Notes under the pieces: model-generated
What the model was told of the DNA's origin: nothing
Seen by the model: the letters and a program-made list of their open reading frames with translations, nothing else
Database searches by the model: none
Shown here: in pieces, positions 42,312 through 51,040 of the stretch
Position numbering within the stretch: position 1 is the stretch's first letter
Layout of the letters: each line of letters starts with the position of its first letter
Position numbers and translations under genes: made by a program
Source: a virus
Taxonomy: Duplodnaviria; Caudoviricetes
Direction: 5' to 3' (one strand)
Virus record (IMG/VR): IMGVR_UViG_3300033121_001571
Length of the DNA: 64,000 nucleotides

Positions 42312-43307
42312 TTAAATACCCTTTGCTGTCTGTGCTAGAACGTATCCCCACAACTCCTGCGCTTTATCTCCAAGAACTTGTCCTTCATCAGTCAAGTGAT
42401 AGACTTCATCTTCATCTTCATATATGAGACCAGATTTTATAGCTTTACTGATAGCTTTGTTTAGAGACACTATGTTGAATTTTCTAAATGCAATAAATCT
42501 AGCTTGAGTATCTAATAGATCAACTTTCATTGGACCGTTGACAGACAACAAGTAAGGAATTATCAATGAAGCTCTCTCTTCAACAGACAGAGCGGTAGAG
42601 ATTGAGTTATTAGAATTTATTGGTGAAGAGTTCAGATCGTAAACAACTTCTCCGTCTTTTTTACCAACTGGTTGAAGAACATCAGTAACATACTGAAGAT
42701 TTTCATGTCGATCACCAAACCACACGTCAATAAATCCTTCATCATAAGCAGAATACTTGCCTTCAAATTCTTGAACTTTTTCCATGATCTCTCTTGCAGT
42801 CATAGGTCCATTTTGTTTGACAACATACGATATAATGTCCAACATATGACCATCAAAACTTAACTTTTGTGTTCTTGTCTCTTGGTTTCCAACCTTGATC
42901 ACATCTGATATGTCAAAAAAAGCGGACACAGTTTCTGACTCTGACGAAAACAGATCATCATACAACTCTCCAGCGCTAACGTTTTCACAAACATAACAGC
43001 GTCTGATCCTACCATTTTTGATGTTTTTTATCTGCAGCGTAAAACACTTAACTACAGGTTGTTTGCGTTGTGACTTGTTTTTGAAAACAAAATAAGAAGG
43101 TTGGTCGCCATCAGTTTCTATGTCAAGAAACACTTTACGTGATGTGTTGACAACAAACACATCATCTTTGTCAATATTGAGTCTTGTTTGTTTGAACTTG
43201 ATAAGATCTCCGTTCTTAATGTCAAACACAGATCTGTATGTTGTTTCACTCTGGTTACTCAAAGCCTCAGAAATCAATTTTCTTAATTGACCAAGAGAAG
43301 TTATCAC
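42312..43307 (-). CDS. Leader-motif protein, paralogue A2
   Basis: MITSLGQLRKLISE; ACTATTTA box 5 nt upstream. Confidence 0.75.
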   Translation of the reverse strand: MITSLGQLRKLISEALSNQSETTYRSVFDIKNGDLIKFKQTRLNIDKDDVFVVNTSRKVFLDIETDGDQPSYFVFKNKSQRKQPVVKCFTLQIKNIKNGRIRRCYVCENVSAGELYDDLFSSESETVSAFFDISDVIKVGNQETRTQKLSFDGHMLDIISYVVKQNGPMTAREIMEKVQEFEGKYSAYDEGFIDVWFGDRHENLQYVTDVLQPVGKKDGEVVYDLNSSPINSNNSISTALSVEERASLIIPYLLSVNGPMKVDLLDTQARFIAFRKFNIVSLNKAISKAIKSGLIYEDEDEVYHLTDEGQVLGDKAQELWGYVLAQTAKGI

Positions 43308-43338
43308 TGGACTAAATAGTCACTGAACCAGTGTCAGA

Positions 43339-43635
43339 TCACAGTATTTCTCCCCAATCACAGTCTTCATCAGGATCAACACCAATCTCATCCCACGAAG
43401 CCCACGTTGTTCCGTCGTGCATCACTTCATTCAAGTGCGTTGGTTGCAAGTTCTTCTGAAGTGCTAGATCAAATGGAATGTGAACAATCACCGTCTTGTC
43501 GGTGTCACTCATCCTCGTGACAAAACACTTTGGGATCCACACGGTGTCTTTCTTAGACACAGATATCTTGACAGCACGCTCAGATTCACGCACCAAAGTT
43601 CCCTTGAACTCGTGAAAACTGTCACTTCTTCTCAT
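43339..43635 (-). CDS. Hypothetical protein
   Basis: RESERAV..VWIPK motif; passenger in the dnaE locus. Confidence 0.65.
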   Translation of the reverse strand: MRRSDSFHEFKGTLVRESERAVKISVSKKDTVWIPKCFVTRMSDTDKTVIVHIPFDLALQKNLQPTHLNEVMHDGTTWASWDEIGVDPDEDCDWGEIL

Positions 43636-43849
43636 CAGTGCCTATCGCTTCGATCACAAGCTGTTGTATCTTTAGAGAACGTTCTGAGTCGATTCCAAAG
43701 ATCTTCTCAGTTTCTTTCAAAGAAGCAGGTTTATTGATAACAACTTTCACACAGTTCTTAATATGTCTTGCTAAACTATCAACTTTGCTAAAACACTTGT
43801 GACACCTGTTGCACTCGAAACTGCTTGACACAACTGACTTCTTTCTCAC
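43622..43849 (-). CDS. Small C2HC/C2H2-type zinc-finger protein
   Basis: FECNRCHKCFSKVDSLARHIKNC. Confidence 0.65.
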   Translation of the reverse strand: MRKKSVVSSSFECNRCHKCFSKVDSLARHIKNCVKVVINKPASLKETEKIFGIDSERSLKIQQLVIEAIGTDEKK

Positions 43850-44607
43850 GTAGTTTTGATCACACTCTCTCTTGGTTTCATAAGATTGTAGAGAACTTGT
43901 TCTACGTGTTTGAACAAATCCCTGTCAAATCCACACTCTCCTTGAAAGACTCTCAACGCAGAATCAATGTTTAAAGCACGGTGAGTCTTCGGTTGCAAAC
44001 TTCGAAAACGGATGATGCTGTTCAGACAGTGCCTTGCTAAGTCTGGATCATGGGACCTTTCAATCTCTCTGCAGGCACGTTGTGCAAAAAACTCTATCTG
44101 TTGATTGTGTTCAGGTAAAAAACTCATATTTTTGCACCTTGTGATACAGTTCAACGCTTCTTCTCGCACCACTTCTACGTCTGAAGCGAGCGCGCTCACA
44201 AAAAACTCTCCAACAGCTACTTCAAAAAACGGAAGAACATCGATAAACGGATCTAGATTTCCGCAACACATGACATTTAATTGAACACCGTAATCAATTG
44301 GTGTGGGAGACGCAAACAAGAACAAAAAACTATTTTGATCAACTTTAACGTATTGATACATTGTAAACGCTAGATACGACAGCAAACCTATGTCTTTCCA
44401 ACCTGTTTTCACTAAGTGACTAAAGATAACGTAAGGCCACTCATCAAGTCTACGATTTTTACCAACAAAACACTTTAGTGCTTCTGTTGATCTGTTCTGA
44501 TTTGAAAGGTGCTCTGACCACTCTTTGCAGAGCTTATTGTATGTTTTTTCGCTGAAGATCATTGTTGAGTTAAGCAGAGATCTAAGTTGTCTGAAGACAT
44601 ACACCAA
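43846..44607 (-). CDS. Hypothetical protein
   Basis: Long ORF; no recognised motif. Confidence 0.6.
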   Translation of the reverse strand: MVYVFRQLRSLLNSTMIFSEKTYNKLCKEWSEHLSNQNRSTEALKCFVGKNRRLDEWPYVIFSHLVKTGWKDIGLLSYLAFTMYQYVKVDQNSFLFLFASPTPIDYGVQLNVMCCGNLDPFIDVLPFFEVAVGEFFVSALASDVEVVREEALNCITRCKNMSFLPEHNQQIEFFAQRACREIERSHDPDLARHCLNSIIRFRSLQPKTHRALNIDSALRVFQGECGFDRDLFKHVEQVLYNLMKPRESVIKTT

Positions 44608-45701
44608 TCACTACAATAGTTATTTCCTTCACCACACGCAATAAAAGTACCTGGAATGACTTTTGAACAGTATGAATTTCCTAACTTAAACACACCAGGA
44701 CTTGGATTTTTCAAAATCTTGAACAGATTGTATATTACACGATCACTGAACTTACCTCCTTCTTTGTATGAGAATTGATCGTATGATATACGAATAAGGG
44801 TCCATCCGTGTTGCACTATGTGTTCATCAAGCAATCGATCCATATTCCTAACATCATTAAAAACTTTTTCTCCTTTTATGCGAGGTTCAAAATGAATTAT
44901 ACCATCAAATTCAACATAAATACGTGCTGTTTTATCAGCAATATCAACTTGTTTTCGATGTGATTTATTTGTAAATACACTTGATTTAACAATCTGATTA
45001 TGTTTGAATTCATAAGGACTAGCGGTTAACAACAACTCAAATAACATTAACTCTGGTTTACTGTGCCATTTAGAATGTGCGGCGAGGGTGCATTTTTCAT
45101 AGAACTCATCAAAATGAGTATTACGCCAAGCTGTCAGACGTGCTGTTCGAATTGCAAGGATCTCTGGTCGAGCTGACGTTTTTTTTGCAGTGATGCGTGA
45201 TAGTTCGCGGCCCCTTGGAGACGAATTTCTTGATGCCATAGCTTCAGCTCGGCGTTTACGTTCATTTGGATTCGCCATAACAGCAGTAGAAACTGCAACA
45301 CTCATCTTAGCCTTATATGCAGTCAAATCGTCGCCACGTTCTTTTGCACGCTTCAACCATGCAAAATTCTGACCACGTTTCTTAAACGCAAGCTGTGTAG
45401 TAAGCGAAGTGAGCTCAGCGTCTGGATATGTAGTTATGTACTCCTTCTTGCTCATGTCATGGACTTGTGTCAAGTGTTTTGTAAGAGTACGACCTATAAA
45501 TCCGCAAATTCGACAAGTAACTGTGTCGTTGGCTGAAAGAACAGTTACTAGACACGCTTTTACGTGTTTTTCGTAGGGTCGCTGGTAAGAAAAGTTCTTA
45601 CCGCATCGGTCACAACGATATTGTATCCCTTTTCGTTGATCATCCACAATGGTAGCATCTCTCCCGTTTCCTTCGTCCTGAATTTGTGATTCCACGTGCA
45701 C
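44559..45701 (-). mobile_element. Free-standing Zn-finger Vsr/DUF559-like homing endonuclease (HEN3), after IntN3
   Basis: CDRC..H..C and CRIC..H..H fingers; SKPE..VDIA..IYVEFDG..H..D..GWTLIRI. Confidence 0.85.
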
Positions 45702-46282
45702 TTTACCTTTTCTCCAGTAGTGAGCTCTACTTCAACTAAGTCGAGAACACCGTGATCATGTTTCATGATCACGGGAATAATAATGTCATTTCCTGAAATC
45801 TCGTCTCTAGATCTGACTAGATCATTAGGGCAAACATCTTTTAACAACTTAGTCTCTCTGTAAGAGCCATCAAAATTATATATATTCAGAGGTTGTAAAA
45901 AGTACAAACTTTTATTGAAACCGTACCCAGCGAAATATAAGATCTTATCGTAAAGGTTGTTAGCAACATCAGCAGTGTAACCGTTCTTTATGCATCCTTG
46001 AACAAAGCTATCTCGCGTTTCTTGTGCAGCCTTCTTCGCCGCTTCACCGCCCGAGATGCTGCGCTTCATGATGGCGCGGCGAACCTCGTCACACTTGTCC
46101 TTCGGGAAGCCGGCCACCTTCTCGGCCAGTTCCATCACCTGCTCCTGAAAAATTATACAGTTGTGCACCAGAAGGCCATTTGCGAAGAAATTGTGGTTCT
46201 TCTTGACCTGGATGTCGTACACGGGCTGTGCAGGAGCACGCTTGATTGCACGGATCTTGATGGGAACTACATCAGGCATCAT
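45560..46282 (-). CDS. dnaE: DnaE fragment 4: IntC2 (46160-46282), 83-aa extein, IntN3 (45563-45910, starts Ser)
   Basis: VYDIQV..NHNFFANGLLVHN|CIIFQEQ...YGFNK|SLYF...VKCTWNHKF. Confidence 0.93.
   Translation of the reverse strand: MMPDVVPIKIRAIKRAPAQPVYDIQVKKNHNFFANGLLVHNCIIFQEQVMELAEKVAGFPKDKCDEVRRAIMKRSISGGEAAKKAAQETRDSFVQGCIKNGYTADVANNLYDKILYFAGYGFNKSLYFLQPLNIYNFDGSYRETKLLKDVCPNDLVRSRDEISGNDIIIPVIMKHDHGVLDLVEVELTTGEKVKCTWNHKFRTKETGEMLPLWMINEKGYNIVVTDAVRTFLTSDPTKNT
45999..46030. repeat. 32-bp direct repeat, copy 1
   Basis: tgaacaaagctatctcgcgtttcttgtgcagc, identical at 47429-47460. Confidence 0.95.
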
Positions 46283-47428
46283 CCACCTCGACAATATCGA
46301 ACTCATCGAAGCAACACACTTCTTGGTCGAGCTCGCCGCCTTTCAAACCCTCGAAAAGACCCGAACCCGTGCTACGATTGTAGAACATCGCATCATTGTT
46401 ACGATAATCGTCAATGAGTTTGACTTCAGTCCCAGCGTCGAACCATTCATCGGGACGAGAGATGTATTTGACACGCTTAACTGGTTGGAGAGGTGTAGAT
46501 GAAAAGAAGCCTTCCGCCCCATCACGCATCATCTTGACGTGGACAATTCTCTCGTTAAGATGATCTGCTTGCAGGCGTTCACCTTCGTCAACTAGCCTGA
46601 TCACATTGGGACATGCAGTCGTCTTCTCTACCCATAGTGGGTCAAGAGGCGACGGATGGTGTGGACACGCACGCCAGTCGTGTTGACGTTGACGCTCGAG
46701 CAGGCAAAACACACCCGTCAAGTGCGTGTAACAAACAACGTAATCCCTCATCATTCACACTCCTGTTCGCGATGCATTAAGCACGCAGCACATATATCGC
46801 GGCCAGGTGTTGACGTCCAAAATTGCTCGTGGCAATCAACACACGTTTGCGTTGGGCTGATGGACAACTTCGTTGCTACGCCGTGTGATGACATAGAACG
46901 AGACAACGCATCAGCGTCCAGCACAACGCGACGTGGGTTGATTTTCATTGCCAACGAACTTGCACATAGTTGACACACCGGTCCATGGACGTCCAACACA
47001 CGAGGACCATGATACTCAAGTTCCATATCGTTGCCCACTTCTTCATGGGCTCGAAACGTATCGAACCAATCGGCATAGGTGAGGTCCTCACGCTTAGCCA
47101 CTTCAGGATGTGACTTCAAGGTATTGATGAAATTCTTGAACGAGGTGAGCAGCTCTTCCTCGAAATCTTCGATCTTCATGCCTAAATTGTCCTCAAGTTG
47201 TGTGGGTAGTTCACAGCCTCAGACCCCCAGACGCGTCTCACCACATAACCTCGAGCCTCAGCCGCGCGGGTGAATGATTCATCGAGTCGATACTGTCGCT
47301 TCATCTTGGACGTCAGTTCGTGCTTTTCTGGATTGCCGTGCCAGTAGTCGCCATCGAACTCTACGAGAATGTTCTCATTTGGAACGTAGAAATCGAACTC
47401 ATGGTTGATGCCTTCAACGTGGCATCTG
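46031..47428. mobile_element. GC-rich foreign insertion (about 1.4 kb) from a related phage's dnaE locus
   Basis: Bounded by the 32-bp repeats; 46081-46140 is 36/60 G+C versus 23/60 for the largely synonymous native segment 47521-47580. Confidence 0.75.
46272..47179 (-). CDS. Two hypothetical ORFs within the GC-rich insert (46272-46754, 46751-47179)
   Basis: Coupled ORFs; Cys-rich C-terminus in 46751. Confidence 0.6.
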
Positions 47429-47712
47429 TGAACAAAGCTATCTCGCGTTTCTTGTGCAGCTTTCTTTGCAGCCTCGCCGCCAGAGATGCTTCGTTTCATG
47501 ATAGCTCTGCGAACTTCGTCACACTTATCTTTTGGAAAACCCGCAACTTTTTCTGCGAGTTCCATTACGCTTTCTTGAAATATCAAACAATTATGAACTA
47601 AAATAGAATTTGCAAAAAAATTACCATTCTTCTTGATTTGAAGATCGTAAACGGGTTGTGAAGGAACACGTTTGACCGCACGGATTTTGACGGGAACTAC
47701 GTTAGACATCAC
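47182..47712 (-). CDS. Chimeric ORF: IntC2' (47590-47712), about 53 aa of DnaE extein, then the C-terminal part of a Vsr-like endonuclease
   Basis: VYDLQI..NFFANSILVHN|CLIFQES...ETRDSFV then FDFYVP..ILVEFDGDYWHG..D..GYVVRRVW. Confidence 0.85.
   Translation of the reverse strand: MMSNVVPVKIRAVKRVPSQPVYDLQIKKNGNFFANSILVHNCLIFQESVMELAEKVAGFPKDKCDEVRRAIMKRSISGGEAAKKAAQETRDSFVHRCHVEGINHEFDFYVPNENILVEFDGDYWHGNPEKHELTSKMKRQYRLDESFTRAAEARGYVVRRVWGSEAVNYPHNLRTI
47429..47460. repeat. 32-bp direct repeat, copy 2
   Basis: Identical to 45999-46030. Confidence 0.95.
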
Positions 47713-47997
47713 TTGCCTTGTTGATCTGAAACTTTGATCTGAAACTCTTCGACGTTTGACTCATCTGCGCTATCTTCAACACAAAGCACTCGAAGATAAC
47801 GAATTGCACACGCTAAGAACTGTTCAGGAACCAAATTTGGTGTTTCGTGTTTTGGTACTATCTCTCTTGGAGAAAAAGTCTCTTCCACAGAGTCACACCA
47901 ATGTAAGATACCAGTTAGAGTGTTTGTTTTTACCATAAACACAAAACTACTGCACAGATACTTTCTGTTCACTTAAGTTTTAAGATCTAAACAGAGA

Positions 47998-48525
47998 TCA
48001 CAGATCAATAATGATATATTTGTCATTTCTTTTCATGACATTATCGCTAGATATGTCCCCACGCATTTTCACATAGATTCTCAAAAAATCTTTGAGATCA
48101 GAATCGGGCAGAGACTCTACGCTTTCTGGGTTGCTAACAACTTCATCTATGATGAATTTTTCATCTCTTGTCAGTTGATCTAACTTTTCCATCACAGCAT
48201 ACACTGCATAAACAATGTTATCACCCACTTCTTCATCATATCCTTTTAACTTGCCCACTTCAAAAATTTTCACAAATAGTTCAAAATCAGGAATAGACTT
48301 TAGTTTATTCAAATGATAATCAACGCCATCGCTGTCTGGAAACATCTCATATGTTGGCACAAGTTTTATCACTTTTCCTGCTGAATATTCCATGATAACT
48401 CCTTCGTTACCAAACGCAACCACGTTTCCAACGTTTGGAGGGAGGATTCCGTCTCTTTTAAGTTTAGGAATGATTGTTTCAATAAAGTATGAATCGTAAA
48501 AACCTTGGTTTCTTTTTGTAAACAT
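47998..48525 (-). CDS. Minimal protein-kinase-like protein
   Basis: FGNEG, VIKL, YAVMEKL, GDISSDNVM, IIDL. Confidence 0.7.
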   Translation of the reverse strand: MFTKRNQGFYDSYFIETIIPKLKRDGILPPNVGNVVAFGNEGVIMEYSAGKVIKLVPTYEMFPDSDGVDYHLNKLKSIPDFELFVKIFEVGKLKGYDEEVGDNIVYAVYAVMEKLDQLTRDEKFIIDEVVSNPESVESLPDSDLKDFLRIYVKMRGDISSDNVMKRNDKYIIIDL

Positions 48526-48528
48526 CTT

Positions 48529-49413
48529 TTATCTGTTCCAATCTGATCTGTCTTTGATGTGTGCTTCAATCACAATGACTTTTCCCCTGATAGCATCTTC
48601 AAAATCTTTTCTTGCAGTTGAGACAATATTTTTTACATTAGAAAGAAGCTCATCTAACTTGGGATCACCCGTTTCATTATAGTGAAATCCTCGAGTGTCA
48701 AGAATAGCCTGAGTAACGATTTCTGATATTACGTCTACCCAGTTGTAATTTCTAAACGCATTAGTAACAGCTGATTTCATTGTCAGCGCAGACACAATTT
48801 TTGGCCAAAAATAAAATTTGAAATAATCGTTCATATATTCGTTTTTTTCATTTTTGAAAGCATCAATGAACATTTTGTTGATAACTTTCATATACTTTCC
48901 CATTACAGAAATATTTGAAGTTTCATCGATCATAGCGTGTATAATCATCCAAGGTGTAGAAAGAAATCCCTTTTGAAGATGTTCAACTAGTGGAACAAGG
49001 ATCGCAGCACCTTGTTTTCTTGCTTCTTCTAATTGAAGAATTCTGTTTGATGGAACTCCAAATCTAGCTAAAATACTAGCATCACTATATCTTTCACGCG
49101 TTCTATCAGATGTTCTTCCCCTGTTTGATGCCCACCATGTAAATGCTGGTACTACGTAGATTGGAACTGACAGGTTCTTGTATAATTTAATCGCACTGTT
49201 GTAAAAGTTTTTGTTGTCAAAAAATTTCTTGACTTCTTTTCTATCTTTTTCGACGTCAGCATCACTTGAATGATTCTTAGTTTGTAAGACATAGTCTGAT
49301 TTTGCATTAACAGTCCAATCTTCTTCTCCAGCTGGCTCAATTCCAGCTAAAGGAGCTTCTGAGATCACTGAAGATCTGATAAGAGATCGGAGTTCGCTAA
49401 GTTTGATTTTCAC
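48529..49413 (-). CDS. Leader-motif protein, paralogue B1
   Basis: (M)KIKLSELRSLIRSSVISE; TPWMIIHA; close paralogue of 50110. Confidence 0.8.
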   Translation of the reverse strand: MKIKLSELRSLIRSSVISEAPLAGIEPAGEEDWTVNAKSDYVLQTKNHSSDADVEKDRKEVKKFFDNKNFYNSAIKLYKNLSVPIYVVPAFTWWASNRGRTSDRTRERYSDASILARFGVPSNRILQLEEARKQGAAILVPLVEHLQKGFLSTPWMIIHAMIDETSNISVMGKYMKVINKMFIDAFKNEKNEYMNDYFKFYFWPKIVSALTMKSAVTNAFRNYNWVDVISEIVTQAILDTRGFHYNETGDPKLDELLSNVKNIVSTARKDFEDAIRGKVIVIEAHIKDRSDWNR

Positions 49414-49432
49414 AATCACTAAATATCAACAC
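49312..49432. repeat. 121-bp exact direct repeat, copy 1
   Basis: Identical to 50896-51016; covers the TANTTA box, the leader coding region and the last codons of IntN2. Confidence 0.9.
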
Positions 49433-50074
49433 TTCATCACTGTCTGTCAAAGACCCAGCGTTTACCCACCCACGGTTCTTTGTCATGACTAAGTGGTCTT
49501 CAGTGACAGTGAGTCGTTTTCCGTCCTCTAACTCTATCTCGATCACGTCTCTTACACCGTTCGACACAGCAGCTACAACCACGTCACTCTCTATTTCAGC
49601 AGATTCCTCGTTGTATGACGGGAGAGTGACGCCGACCATCTGCTTATCAACGATTTCCTTGATAGTGATCTCACCGTTGTCTGTCATCACTCTTGAGTCA
49701 CCAGTTAAGCAACTGTAAGTCTTCTCAAGAATCTTATTGATTCTATCGTCACCCCAGTCCATCTGCTTGTTGTTATTCTTAGCGTCAATATACAACTTGT
49801 CTACGTCAGCAGCAAGTGGGCCAGGACGATAGATCGAAGTCAGAGTCGCAATGTCAATGATGTTCTCTGGTTTTGCTTTGACAAACAGGCGCTGAGCGCC
49901 CTTGCCAGTGACTTGAAATATGCCAGCAAACTTTGCTTCTTCATAGACCTTATAGACTTCTGGATCTTCCAGATCCATCTTTGATGGATGCATGTGTTCG
50001 CTGTGCCACTCTTTGATCTCATCAAAAGAGATCTTATCATTTGCAACGTTGTTGACTGACTTTACTTTTGCCAC
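49397..50074 (-). CDS. dnaE: DnaE fragment 3: vestigial IntC strand, extein, IntN2 (49400-49711)
   Basis: AGIFQ, SIYRPGP, KTYS|CLTGDSRV...TVTEDH. Confidence 0.93.
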   Translation of the reverse strand: MAKVKSVNNVANDKISFDEIKEWHSEHMHPSKMDLEDPEVYKVYEEAKFAGIFQVTGKGAQRLFVKAKPENIIDIATLTSIYRPGPLAADVDKLYIDAKNNNKQMDWGDDRINKILEKTYSCLTGDSRVMTDNGEITIKEIVDKQMVGVTLPSYNEESAEIESDVVVAAVSNGVRDVIEIELEDGKRLTVTEDHLVMTKNRGWVNAGSLTDSDEVLIFSDCENQT

Positions 50075-50109
50075 AGCGACAGTCTACTGACTGAGCTAAT
50101 TCTTTACAC

Positions 50110-50997
50110 TTAGCCTTGAATATGAGCTTCAATCACAATGACTTTTCCTCTGATAGCATCTTCAAAATCTTTTCTTGCAGTTGAGACAAGATCACTTATC
50201 TTTGCTAAGAGACTATCGATCTCTTGATCACCAGTCTTGTTGTAATGAAATCCTCGAGTGTCAAGAATAGCTTGCGTAAGAATTTCAGCTGCAATATCAT
50301 ACAACGAACGACCCTTAAACTTATAAACTCTAGCTGATTTCATCGTCAGTGAAGAAATAACACCTGGAAGCAGGTGGTTAAAATACCTTTCTTGTTTCTT
50401 GCTCTTAATTTGACCGTCAAAATCTTCGCCTTCTAAAAATAGATAAACGATCTCACTTACATACTTTCCCATGACAGACGACTCTGTCGATTCATCGATC
50501 ATAGCGTGGATGATCATCCAGGGCGTAGAAAGAAATCCTTTCTCAAGATTCTCAACTAGTGGAACAAAGATCGCTGCGCCTTGTTTTCTTGCTTCTTCTA
50601 AAGCTACGATCTTTTCTGGAGGTACACCAAACCCAGCTAAAATACTAGCATCTTCACTTCTTTCATAAGTTCTCTTAATGCGTCCTCTATCATCAAATTT
50701 AGATCCTCGTCCTGCAGCAAACCATGTAAATGCTGGCACTACGTAGATTGGAACCGACAGGTTCTTATACAACTTAATCGCGCTGCTACGAAAATTTTCA
50801 TTGTTAAAGAATTTTTTGACTTCTTCTCTATCTTTTTGAACAGTTGGCACATCATAATTTTTGAATCGAGCAATAGTCTTAGAGTCCATACCTTTAGTCC
50901 AATCTTCTTCTCCAGCTGGCTCAATTCCAGCTAAAGGAGCTTCTGAGATCACTGAAGATCTGATAAGAGATCGGAGTTCGCTAAGTTTGATTTTCAC
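50110..50997 (-). CDS. Leader-motif protein, paralogue B2
   Basis: Same N- and C-termini as 48529. Confidence 0.8.
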   Translation of the reverse strand: MKIKLSELRSLIRSSVISEAPLAGIEPAGEEDWTKGMDSKTIARFKNYDVPTVQKDREEVKKFFNNENFRSSAIKLYKNLSVPIYVVPAFTWFAAGRGSKFDDRGRIKRTYERSEDASILAGFGVPPEKIVALEEARKQGAAIFVPLVENLEKGFLSTPWMIIHAMIDESTESSVMGKYVSEIVYLFLEGEDFDGQIKSKKQERYFNHLLPGVISSLTMKSARVYKFKGRSLYDIAAEILTQAILDTRGFHYNKTGDQEIDSLLAKISDLVSTARKDFEDAIRGKVIVIEAHIQG

Positions 50998-51016
50998 AAT
51001 CACTAAATATCAACAC
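50896..51016. repeat. 121-bp exact direct repeat, copy 2
   Basis: Identical to 49312-49432. Confidence 0.9.
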
Positions 51017-51040
51017 CAGCTTACAACGCGTACGCGTCGG

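Noticed and set aside
45999-47712. Diversity-generating retroelement template and variable repeat pair
   Set aside because: Differences are mostly synonymous GC-biased changes, not adenine-specific, and no reverse transcriptase is present.
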